Shown here: positions 1 through 11,102 of the stretch, piece by piece
Layout of the letters: every line of letters starts with the position of its first letter
Numbering within the stretch: the first letter of the stretch is position 1
Assembly (NCBI GenBank): GCA_050230475.1
Contig: JBFLGF010000076.1
Coordinates: forward strand, 1-64,000
Length of the DNA: 64,000 nt
Origin: Ancylonema sp.
Lineage: Eukaryota
Reading direction: 5' to 3'
The notes under the pieces: model-generated
The model's input: only the letters and a program-made list of their open reading frames with translations
Told to the model about the DNA's origin: nothing
The model's database searches: none
Made by a program: the position numbers and the translations under genes

Positions 1-249
1 ACTGTCCGGCATGTTCCGGTGACATGATCTGACTGTTGTTGTGTTATGATAGGCCGACGGTCCGCAAATCCGACCGTCGGCACACTTTGTTGATTCTCGT
101 TTTGTACGAGGCATCGTGGTATACCTACACGATGCCGACTATTCAATAATTATTCTTCCGAAATAATACTTGTCATTGATCATCTGTGAGAGACGTAGTT
201 CCTTGTACGGAAAGAACCACACGATCTCGCACACCTATCACGTACCAAC

Positions 250-1778
250 GATAAAACTCGACCCCCTTCCGTTAGCCAAGCTTCCCCCCGAATATCACGA
301 CTATGCAGACGTGTTTTATGAGTCACCAACCAATATCCTACCCCCCAACAGGCCCTATGACCTGCAAATCCCCCTCCTACCTGACAGGGACCCTCCTTGG
401 GGTCCGATCTACTCTCTTTCCGAACCTGAGCAGGCAACCCTAAAGACTTACATCAAGGAAAACTTGGCAAACGGCTTCATACGGCCGTCTACCAGTCCGG
501 GGGGGGGGGGCAGTCATGTTTATCAAGAAGCCGGATGGAAAGCTGAGGCTCTATGTGGACTACAAAGCACTCAACGCGGTCACGGCAAAAAACCGCTGCC
601 CCCTACCCCTCATACCTGAGTTGCTGGATCGCCTCCACCGCGCCAACATATTCACCAAGATCGATCTGCGCAATGCGTACCATCAGTTGCGGATAAAAGA
701 GGGGGATGAGTACAAAACAGCGTTCCGCTGTCGCTATGGGCACTTTTAATACTAGGTATTCCCTTTCGATCCTACCAACGCCCCCGCAGCCTTCCAGTCA
801 TTCATTTCGGACGTCTTTCGGGAGTACCTCGATGTCTTCCTAGCGGGGATGCTAGACGACATGATCATCTATTCAGGCACCGAAAAGGAACACGTCCCCC
901 ACGTCTGTGCAGTCATGGCAGTCCTACGCAAGCACAAGCTCTACGCTAAACTAGAGAAGTGCGAGTTCCACGTGGACAACATCGCCTTCCTAAACTACAG
1001 GATCTCACCAGCCGGAGTGGAGATGGACCTAGCCAAGGTGGCCTCCCTCCTTGACTAGCCAAGTCCCCAGTCAGTCAAGGAGGTGCAGTCGTTCCTTGGC
1101 TTTGCCAACTTCTACAAGAAGTTCATCATGGGCTACTCTACCCTGGTCTGTCCCTTCACCTCTTTGACCCGCAAGGGGGCCAAGTTTCAGTGGACTCCCA
1201 AAGCGGAGGCAGCCTTCCAATCCCTCAAGATTGCCTTCACCTCGGCCCCCGTCCTGCAGCACTTCCAGCTAGACTTACCTCTGACCATAGAAGCTGATGC
1301 CTCCGACTTTGGACCGGGTTGCGTCCTCTCCTAGAGAGACGCGGCAGGCGAGCTCCACCCCATCGCTTATTACTCGAGGAAATTTTGTACTCCGGAGCTC
1401 AACTACCCTATCTACGACAAAGAGTTGTTGGCGATTTTAATTGCCTTCCGCCAATGGCGGGTCTATCTAGAGGGAGTTGCCCACCCCATCGTCGTTTATA
1501 CGGACCACAAAAACCTGGAATACTTCTAAGCAACTCGCACGACCTCTAGACGACATGCTCGGCGGGCCGAGACGTTGGCAGCGTACGACTTTTCCATCGT
1601 CTATTTGAAGGGCGCCAGCAATGGCAAGCTAGACGCCCTATCCCGCAGACTTAACTACCTGCCGCCAACACTATCCCCCCACCCTATCCTTCCCCAGCCC
1701 GCTATCCTTCCCTCCCCCTCCCTACGCGCTGCAGCTATTCTTCTAAGCACTTCCGACCCCCTTCTCCCGGACATTCGC
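250..1778 (+). pseudogene. Ty3/Gypsy (Tf2/Tcn1-like) retrotransposon pol remnant: reverse transcriptase + RNase H, disrupted
   Basis: Consecutive ORF pieces give [73 protein letters not shown], (Y>M)[41 protein letters not shown]. Frameshift in the G-run at ~499-510 and several in-frame TAG/TAA stops. Truncated before integrase by the LTR at 1779. Confidence 0.95.
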
Positions 1779-2240
1779 TATTAGGACCCTCGCTTCAGTC
1801 ACTAGGGCTCCCTAGCGAGGTCCCCACACTTAGCGCTAGAGCGCTAATAGCTCAGTTATCCCTATAGCGAGTTCTGTCCCTATATAATGAGAGTTGTGTC
1901 CCTAGTGGCCGCCTGGCCCCTAGGGAGTATTCTGATGTGTCTTTAGCTCAGGCTGTTGTGCCTTTAGCCAGACTTGATGTGTCATTAGCATATTCAGAGT
2001 GAGTTGTCCCACATTGATCCTAGAGTCGCCTAGGGCCGATTTTCCTATGTCTAGCCCATAGGAATGCCTTTAGAGCATTCTTATCAACTCATGTATTGCA
2101 CTCTCCGAGTTTACCATTATTGCCAAAACCAAACTATCCTTTCCGGCTTCGGCCACCATTGTCATTCCGGCCTTTCGCCATCATAGCTATTGTGCATTGC
2201 AATTAGCTTGTTAGGGACGTCTTTGCATCCGCCCCTAACA
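1779..2240 (+). mobile_element. Probable 5' LTR of a second Gypsy element nested into the pol remnant
   Basis: Begins TATTAGG (TGTTAGG with one change) and ends CCTAACA, giving inverted termini. Pol homology stops abruptly at 1778 and a gag ORF starts 105 bp after the end. No partner LTR is visible in the window. Confidence 0.65.
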
Positions 2241-2344
2241 CTTTGATAGGAATTGACATTTTTTGAGGTTTTTTTATATATAGAATATTCTGGATCAGAA
2301 CCTCATTCAGCCGCCTTCATTTTTCATCTTCTTTTCATTCCACC

Positions 2345-2735
2345 ATGTCTTCTCCCAATTTACAAGAAATCATGGAGGCCTTGCGCCGGATGCAAATATC
2401 ACAATATGAAAAGTTTAAAATATTGGCGGAAGAAAATCAAGATATTAAGAGCAAGTTTATAGAGCTCTCCGAGCAGGTGGCTTATGAATCTAACTACCTG
2501 GCTTCTACCCCTGAACAAGCCACTTTAGCACCCCAGCCTACACCCCCTCTCCAGGATCTGGTTCCAGCTGACCCCCCTAAGTTTGATGGCAAACCTCAGC
2601 ATCTAAACTCCTTTTGCAACTAGGTCCGATCCATGATCAGGTTGGCACCTAAACGGTTCAGCAACCCTATCCAGACTATCCACTAGGTCGGCAACCTCCT
2701 AAGTGGGCCAGCCTACGATTGGATTTCTAACTACC
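2345..2735 (+). pseudogene. Ty3/Gypsy gag N-terminal fragment (Retrotrans_gag type), truncated
   Basis: MSSPNLQE...PADPPKFDGKPQHLNSFCN*VRSMIRLAPKRFSNPIQTIH*VGNLLSGPAYDWI matches the P.KF.G...F...LL.G.A..W gag pattern. Two TAG stops; interrupted at ~2735 by an opposite-strand element. Confidence 0.8.
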
Positions 2736-4336
2736 TCGACGACAATGGGGACCTCCCGGCAGGTTTTGGTGCTGCAAAGCTGCTAGTTGAGCTCCAAGAG
2801 ATGCTCGAGATGCCAACCCATGTCGTGGGCGCTTAGCATCTGAGGCTTCCGCTAGGTTATAGTTCTTTGGGCGACGCTCAGGGTGCTTCGCCCAACACTG
2901 AGACTCATTGTGGTTTTGCTTATCGCAAAAGCTGCATGTTGCCCCCTCTGTCATATGTACTCGCGGCATGGTCGTGGCGGCTCCCCTTGCCGTCCCAAAC
3001 CGAGCGGCGAAGGGTGCTTTCACATCCTTCCCACGTCATGCTGGTGGAGTCTTAAGTGATTTCCGCAACCTCCCAGTGGTCTCGTCCCGTTTTGCCGTGG
3101 GGAAATTCACGGCCCTGTACCCTAGCCTGTCACAAGTGAAGCACTTGATGGGAGGTTTCCGCCCCATCCCTCGTCCTCTATTCTCAACTCCTCTTCCCCC
3201 TCCATTCCCAATTCCCTCCCCTCCTCCATTCCCAGATTCCCCTCCTCCTACCCCTTCCCCAGGTTTCCCCTTTCCCTCCTTTTTTCCCCCTCCTTCCTTC
3301 TTCCCCTCCTTCTGACTTGGTTGCAAGCCAAATATCCGTAGTTTAGCGTCACGGGATATCTGCGCCTTCTCCTGAGCTACTGCAATGACCCTGGCATTTG
3401 TTATGCTCATCTTTGGCAACCCTGCCCCATCCCGCCTCTGTTCTTTTGCCCTCAACTTCGGGGTGATAACACGCCTCAACCCTTTTGGTAGGCATTCCTC
3501 ATAAAAATATGTTGCTTGGCGTGGACTGACCATGTGAGGAACCAAGTTGACCGTGATCCGGGAGAGGTCCTTATAAATTGAGTTAGCGGTTGCTCGTGGT
3601 GCTGGAGTGGAGTTATGGAACTCCACCTACCATTCAAACCCCACAGTAGCAAAGCGTGTCCTCAATCTTAGGAAAAAACCCTCGAGATCCGCCGGCTCTG
3701 CTTGCAACGGTGTTGCTGGAGGCCCTTGAAGTCCTGAAGTGGGTCGCATTAGCCCCAACTCGCCTTCTGATCATAGTAAATGCGCGAGATCACCCTCTCC
3801 GCTTCCATCACTTGCGCTATTGCTAGAGTCGGGTTGTCAGGGTCATTCGGGTCCAAAGACCGGCGGTAATCATCCAACACCAATCTGGCCTGCCCCTCCA
3901 CGTAGGCACAAAACCTCTTGACAAACTCAAACTGCCCACACTCCCCACTAAGGAGTTTTTGAAGATTTCTCTTCTCCGCCTCCCACACATCTTTCATATT
4001 TTGTATAAATTTACGCTGGGCCACTCCCCCTCCTCGCGAATACTTGGGCACAACCAAGGTACTGTCCATCTCTGTCTCGACTTCTAAAACCGCAAAATGC
4101 ACTACAAAATAAGCCGCAAACACAAGTATCGGAGGTACAAAAGCCAGTGGCTGATATACGACAAGTTGGAGATTCGGCACTCCGGCCTTTCCCTCTGAGT
4201 TTACAGAACCTTGAGAGTCAACCGATCTTGCCCTCGAATCAAATGTATCGCTCGACGATTTACTACCACCACCTCTTCTCCCACTATCCACTCTCCGCAC
4301 CAAACGTATGTTCTTGTCGAGATACCAGGCAGTCAT
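2735..4336 (-). pseudogene. Retroelement gag with two CCHC zinc knuckles (decayed; same family as the gag at 11103-12743)
   Basis: ORF pieces 3749-4336, 3036-3626 and 2727-3023. Knuckles CFTCDRLGYRAVNF (degenerate) and CSFCDKQNHNESQC. Motifs AYVEGQAR, EPADLEGFFLRLRTRF and ATANSIY align by eye with AYCKGEAQ, EPHELVEFIQRIKERF and DTVASIY of the second gag. Confidence 0.75.
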
Positions 4337-5812
4337 GAACTGCCTGACTCACTTGAGTCCGAAAACTACCACCTCAGTTTATCAGATCTCAACCATGCGC
4401 TGAAAATACTGTTCAAAATCAGATTTTGAAAATTTTGCTAGCGTAGCATTACGCCGGAGTGAACGTACTAGGCAAGATATCAAGCCCCGTCCCTTAACGC
4501 GTCGGACGCACAATCGTACGCAGAAAATGATCACCGCTACGACATATCGCATTCGTTCAACGATATCAGCCTTTAACATCGCCATAGCCAAAGCTCAACG
4601 CAATCACAAAACGACACGTCAACGCTCTTGCTAAAGCTTAGTCGGTATGCACTCTAGTGTAATGCAACCAGATGCTCATGAATCAAGTACATAGTCCGAA
4701 ATTCCAACAAAACACTTCCGACTCACTTGTGCCTTTCGTATGCTAGGATGTAATCTACGCCGTACGCATGCGTCCAATCGAACGCAATTAATACAAAGGT
4801 ATTCCACCCAAAGCCGCAATCGATTGCGATCATAATCGGCCAATCACATACCTGCCAGCGTGTCACTATCTGACCCCACAACCCAGGAGCTCTGCCCGAC
4901 ACCGTTTTGTTGGAACGTTCCGTGGCCTGGCGATCGCTATACCGTACACAAACAATTTCCTATTACAGCGATTGCTAGAAATCGCGACGGCCTCGCCTCA
5001 AATCGCGACAGCATCGAACATCAATCGTTCTATCGAACAACTAATAATTATGCGGGCTCCCGCCCGGTGCCGCTCTAAGTTATCTAGATTCTTAAGATTG
5101 TTTGCCCTGTGCCCTGTGCCCTGTGCCCTGTGCCCTGTCGCCGGGTTTAAAGTGCTGTGAATTGCTACCGGTCGGCGGACGGGCGGCGTCGGCCGTTAGC
5201 GGTAGACGCCGTCAATTCTGCCGGCCAATGTCGCCATTCTTGCCTCGAGTCGAAAGTCTCGACTCGAGATTCTCGACTGCAGCTCATCACCACTACCATG
5301 TCCGAGGCCTCTGCGCGATGTCGAAGATGGCTACCCAGTATCGCAGCACGTTTTAATGTAATTCTACTGTAATTCAAACGAAAATCAATATTTCGACTGC
5401 GACTGTGACCTACGCCTGCGACTGCAATTGCGACTACAATTTTCGACTCCGACCAAAAGGAAGCCGACCATCATCAGCCAGCCAGCCTACTTTTCTGCCA
5501 GCCAGCCAGCGGTAACACTTCATCACTTCTCTCTGTCTCTTTCTCTCCTTCATCAACTCAATCTCTGCCTCGCAATCACTATCTCGATTTCTCACAAAAG
5601 TCAAGAGCTTCCTAGACAAGCAGCGCCCAGCCGTTAGCGGTAGGCGCAGCCAATTTTGCCGGCCGATTTTGCCACCTAATTCTGGCGGCCAGCCAGTCAG
5701 CCAGCTATCCAGCCAGCCAGCAAATTGTTGCTCTCTCTCTCTCTCTCTCTAACTCTTACTCGTCCTTTCTATGTTTCGCGCTCTCGCGCTCTTGACTTGT
5801 CTCGGTTGTCGC

Positions 5813-5984
5813 GCTCTATTTGGGTCTGCTATTTTCTCCTCCAAAAAGCATTCCCGCTGCTCTATATCTCGCCTCCTATGCAACATCTTTGCTGTCTGCT
5901 CTATTTGGGTCTGCTATTTTCTCCTCCAAAAAGCATTCCCGCTGCTCTATATCTCTCCTCCTATGCAACATCTTTGCTGTCTGC
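5813..5984. repeat. Tandem duplication, 2 x ~86 bp, within GCCA-microsatellite-rich DNA
   Basis: gctctatttgggtctgctattttctcctccaaaaagcattcccgctgctctatatctc.cctcctatgcaacatctttgctgtct occurs twice head-to-tail, nearly identical. Confidence 0.9.
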
Positions 5985-6229
5985 ATAAGATTGCGAAAGA
6001 CCATAATTATACAGACCAAGTTCATTCTGATTCTAACGGCAACAAAATTTATACTGCAGATGTAAGTACCAGCCGGCCAGCCAGCCAACCAACGAGCGAG
6101 TCAGCCAACCAGCAAGCCAGCCAGCCAGCCAACCAGACAGCTAGCCAACCAGACAACTAGCCTACTAGTCAAAATTGAAATGCTGTAAAATAAAACATAA
6201 GTATAGTAGTATAATAATTCTCTTTTCAT

Positions 6230-6720
6230 ACAAAAAACTTCAGCTAAATCGCCTCCAAAAGCGCTCGCTGCCTCATGTAAGTAATTAAAAAAATATACTA
6301 TGTGTTGGAAAGAAAATGGGGGAAGGAGTTCTGATCGCCCTCTATTCTCCTTCCAGCACATAATCACACATCCCACCGGAATGAGGGTGGAATCAGAATA
6401 ATAGAAACTCTTGAAGGGTTGTAGTAGGGGTTTTTGAAATTGTGTAAAATAGAAATAATAAAATATAATTGTATGAGAAAATATTAGAACAAAAACATTT
6501 TTTTCTTTTATGTTTTCTTTCAAAATCTGCACCTAGAGCGCCCACAGAGACGCTCGCTGGGTCACTAAATAAATAATACATCTGTACTATGTGCCGCAAG
6601 GTGAATGGGGGGAGAGTGCACACTAAACTCCAAACCCCTTACGGCACAGAATCGCACATCCCACAAGGATGAAGGTAGAAGCAGAATAATACAAATCATG
6701 GAGGGTTGTAGTAGGGGGCC
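6230..6720. repeat. Old diverged tandem duplication (~290 bp period)
   Basis: Shared blocks cgctcgctg, tactatgtg, aatggggga, cacatcccac and agggttgtagtagggg recur about 290 bp apart. Confidence 0.7.
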
Positions 6721-7344
6721 TAGCACACATAAAATAGCATGTTGAAACGAACGCGATTTTTTAATACGGGTGGAGTATGTGGTGGCCCCCCACTTACACC
6801 AACCTCCAACCCCCGAAATGGTGAGAGGATCTTACGCAAAATTTTCCGACGCGAAAACGCGAAAACGTGAAAATTAGCCAATCACAGCACGACAAATCAG
6901 CGCTGACATGTCATTCTGACTAAAGAAAATACCGAAATCGTCAAACCAGGCGGAATAAACCAATCACAGACCCCGAACCGACCTAACGTGGACAGACTCG
7001 TACAAGTGTACGGTCCATGTCATATTATTTCAACCAGCCGAAAGGAACTGATGAAACTTAGGTCTCTTGAAAGACCTAAGAAATAACTATGTTGCGGATG
7101 AAGCATCCCCAAGACGGGACTGCACATAGATGCGTGCCGACCCTGCCTGCAAGGGCTGCAGAAGTGAGGGGGCCATAAATTTCTGACTTGTGGCCCAGAA
7201 GTCCTGACCCAGAAGCACCTCCATACAGCGAGCTCTCAATTCTGTCATATATTCCATACAGTCATCAAATCGTCGCTGCTTTCCGCCACCCGCCAAAATT
7301 ACCCTTGATATAGTACCATGTTGAAGTCATTTCCGATTGTATTA

Positions 7345-7895
7345 CAGTGCAGTCTCGATATAGTGTCAATTTTATAGACATGGGGATTTGATGTCACTAT
7401 ATCGAATGCTAGGGCTGTCACTATACACTGTATCGTGACATTTGATAGGGCGACAATAGGCAAATGTCACTATATCGAGAGAAAGTGAAATGCAGATCAA
7501 TATTTTTAACAGAGGTGGCTCATTCAAACGGCGTTTGTTGTAACATCCTCTCGCTACAGTAAAACCTGTCTACATGACTCATGTTGGAACCATTTAAAAA
7601 ATTGTAATTATATTGGTTAATAATTTACGCGTCACATTTTGGGTCAAAATAATTGGGGCAGAATACTTTGCATTAAAAAACGCAGGTTATTAATTTTCAC
7701 AGTATAAAGTTAGACAGGTTTCACCGTACAGTGACATCCCAATATTAGAATCTGAGATATTTTGGTCACTATAACGTGTGTCACTATAACGATTGTCACT
7801 ATATAGAGTGGGTTTTCATACAAGATTAGAAAAAGGGCAGAAAAAATGTCATTATATCGAGATTGTCACTGTAGAGTGTGTCACTATATCAAGAT
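7345..7895. mobile_element. pogo/Tc1-mariner-like MITE whose right TIR is split by the 7897-15251 insertion (remainder at 15252-15259)
   Basis: TA + CAGTGCAGTCTCGATATAG left TIR. The right TIR reads ctatatcaaga..., resumes as ttgcagtg + TA at 15252-15261. Internal (gatatagtgaca) subrepeats. Same family as 17185-17732 and 36699-38704. Confidence 0.85.
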
Positions 7896-9409
7896 TGTTG
7901 ACGTGCCAGATAGGATCGATAGGGTAAAGGGTCGTTGATGACGTAATCAGTTGATATATGACGTCATAACGCAGTCCATCGACATGAATTGGTGAATATC
8001 GATATCGATGACTTTGTAAATGTAACGGGGCATCTGCCTTAATTAAGGAGTTTGGTACGCTTGAATCATAAACGCAGTGATCGTAAACGATCACCGAAAC
8101 GTCGGCAGGAACGGTAACTTGACTCGTTACTCTCTCGCTGCGGGCAAGCAGACAGTGCTATCGACACTCTGAGGATTATAAAAGAGTGTGAAGCAATACA
8201 ATAACTAGGTAAGAACACTATACCTATCGGTCGGCGATCAGCTATATATGTGTAAGTCTTAATTGCTTGTAATTTGCAGCAAAGGACTTTGAGTCTGCAA
8301 ACTGAGCGTAGCTTTGACTTGCATCGTGTAAATGAGCACAAAGGGTAATTCGCGTAAGCGAAGTAAACAGACTGAATCACGGTGAGCGACATCTCGGATG
8401 TGCAAGCAACAATGACAAGAAATCACACTATGCAAGCAAGCAAATCGCAAGGCAAAGTACAATAGACAGAGATACAGATTACACGAGAGGCAAGCTGGAA
8501 TGCAAGTCTCTTCAGTGTTAGATTCAGCGAAAGCTTAATTCGGAGTTCGAAGTACAAAAAAATGTTCTATTCAAACTCTAGAGACGACGCTAGACGCGTG
8601 TCGATCTACAATTCAATCTCACAAAATATGTCTCGCGCGCAAATGTCTTATCTACAATCTCTATCGTCAGATATTCATCGACGGCTAACAATTATGACAA
8701 GTCATCACAAGTTGATTGCTGACTAGTACAAAGGTGCCACGTCCGATCGACGGATAATAAATGCTAAGAAAATATAATTCAAATATTGAGCGGGGGCGCA
8801 GGCTAACAGCTGGAGCTCGGGAGCGGGGCCGGCGAGCGGGGCGGAAGTTGTAGTGCGGCACAACTCTTGATTTGGCGCGGCGCAGACGTGATTTATTCAA
8901 GGCAGAGATTTAGTAGATATTAGGAGTAAAATAGCTAACGATCTCATACGTCGTGACAGCTAACGTGCCAAATATGATCGATACGGTAAAGGGTCGTTGA
9001 TGACGTAATCAATTATTGTATGACGTCATAACGTAGTCCATCGACATGAATTGGTGAATGCCGATATCGATGACTTTGTAAGTGTAACGGGGCATCTGCC
9101 CTAACTCCCCCCCCACGACTCGTAAGTCATGCGTCCACGTTCGGGTCGATGAGGCAGATGTAGGATCGCAGTCGCACAGTAGAGCGTGCAGGCGAGCAGA
9201 AAATAAGTTGGAGTTGTCAGGGTAACGTCGACAACTTGTGCTTGAATATCGAAAATCGGTGGTAAGTGGATTGTGAAAAAAAGTGTGATGATGATGTCGA
9301 CACAACCAGGTGAAAAGGGGTAGAGTATGATGTTTTGATGCATACAACACCCAGTGAAACAGTAATGTGTAGATGTAGCATCTCCCCCCCCATATTGGTA
9401 AGTCTATGT

Positions 9410-10260
9410 ACCTATCGACGATTTGACGGCTTGAGATGGCTGACAGGTCCAGATAGTGCAGGCCTGTTGTTGTAGAGTGCTGGATGTCGCGCAGCGAGTA
9501 GAGAAGCGAGAAAGGTAACGATGTTTTGATCCATCGCTCGGGCTGCAGCCTGATGGCGCGGAGCGTCCGTAAGATGCTCAGACACCGTCTCACCTAGAAG
9601 GAGTTGTTTGGCTTTCTCCTTAACCTAGACTGATGGCACCTCCCATCTCTGGCTGGTGTCATTCAACACCATGCCTGCTCCAGGATGTCCAGACTTGAAC
9701 TTGTAGTCCGGGGTGTTGGTGTAATTTGTAAAAGGGGGAATGGTTCGTCGTGGCTCATGAGGAGTGTTGAGTCTCATAGGGAACGTGTCTGTTCGGTACA
9801 CGTTGGTGGGGCTGTATCCCGGTTCCAGGATGGTTGCAAGGGGTCTGGTTTTTGATTTGGGTGGCAAGCATGTGTGCATCACCTTGGGACTCATGAAGTT
9901 TGTCCAGACATGGATCGGGCCATGCACGTTACTGGAGAACTGAGCGCCATCGAGGATGAGAGAGGGTCCAAGGAATGCGTGGATAAAAGGCAGCATCTCG
10001 CGGATCCACTCGGGGGTGTGCTCTGTGATGGCCTGAGTCCAGAAAGTGTAAAGAGGGTGGTATCGTTGGATCCCTCGCAGCTCCTGGAGTAAATGCACCA
10101 TGGTAATAAAGGGCAGCACCCGATGATCGAAAATGCCGCGGCAGGGGGACTGCGTCTGCTCCATTTCCTGGTTCTAGTTTCCAACGACCAGATCGATGCT
10201 ACCGTGGGCGAGCACCAATTTTTCCAAGTCCTCTTTCTTTGTGCAGTGGCGACACCGCTG
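9410..10260 (-). pseudogene. C5 cytosine DNA methyltransferase-like domain (degenerate; catalytic Cys absent)
   Basis: One frame with two TAG stops reads EDLEKLVLAHGSIDLVVGN*NQE...RGIFDHRVLPF...LGPSLILDGAQFSSNVHGPIHVWTNF...TILEPG...NTPHEPRRTIPPF...GAGMVLNDTSQRWEVPSV*VKEKA...RHQAAARAMDQNIVTFL. This follows the motif IV, VIII, TRD, IX, X order of retrotransposon-borne algal DNMTs (DLVVAGW.CQ, LDAA.FGS.AHR.R..WTN, EP...ERE.AMG, R...LG.AMD). Confidence 0.72.
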
Positions 10261-11102
10261 CTTGCGGAACCGAGGAATGTGTATTCCTCGGTTGGGGGAG
10301 TATCTTCCGCAGGAGGAGTGTCAAAACGCATGTTTCTCGCCCTTTTCTCAAACCACTTGAAGACACGCCAGTGTACGTTAAACTCTGAAAATTCTTCGTC
10401 GTCGGATTCGAGTTTGGCGAGGAATGCGTGGAAGAATGAAGGTTCGAAGGGTTCTGTCATTTCTCCCAACATTAGTGATGTTGTCGCTTGATCGCGTGAC
10501 AGCTCCATGTAAGTGTCGATGAAGACTTGAGCCTCTGCGCGAGTTGTTGGTGCAGGTGCGTTGTCGAAATGTAATCCCTGTGTCGGTGGTGCTGGAACCA
10601 GAGGTTGAGGATCAGGCTCGACGATCTCTATCGGTGTGTCGGCCGGAGGAAGTTGTGTGGCTACTAGTAGTGTAGTCAAAGCCTGGGGTAAAGTTGTTAA
10701 ACACGCAGTAGTAAAATGGATGTCAGCATCCGTCATTTGTGTATCTTCCTGAGTGTGGATATTGTTTGATATCATCCACGGGGGTGTCACGGTTGGAGAT
10801 GTTGTAAAATTTCCCCACACAATGTATGCCTTGTCTCGATCAGGTAAATTGTAATGCACAAGTGACGAAAAAACGGTATATTGCGGTACCGCGTTATGCA
10901 CCTGATCTGCAACTTGTGCGGCTTCATTGGCACGGCGCTGTTGTTCCTCGAGCTCCATGATTCGCTGGTCGCTGCAGTCGAGAATTGAAAACGTGGGAGC
11001 AGTGTCGATACATTCATTCCACTTAATCTGTGGGAATGAATCACCTCCAAGTAACGATTGTAAAGAGGGCAAAGGAATGGGTGGTGTAAGATGTTGCCCC
11101 GT

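Noticed and set aside
7021..7092. Hammerhead-ribozyme-like CTGATGA...hairpin...GAAA, or a Helitron 3' hairpin
   Set aside because: The hairpin cttaggtct/agacctaag is real, but stem I and the stem II closing pair do not form in register with the core. The downstream motif is CTAT rather than the Helitron CTRR.
9009..9593. 194-aa ORF as a possible tyrosine recombinase
   Set aside because: No R...HxxR...Y motif. It overlaps the DNMT-like tail in another frame and runs into the B repeat.
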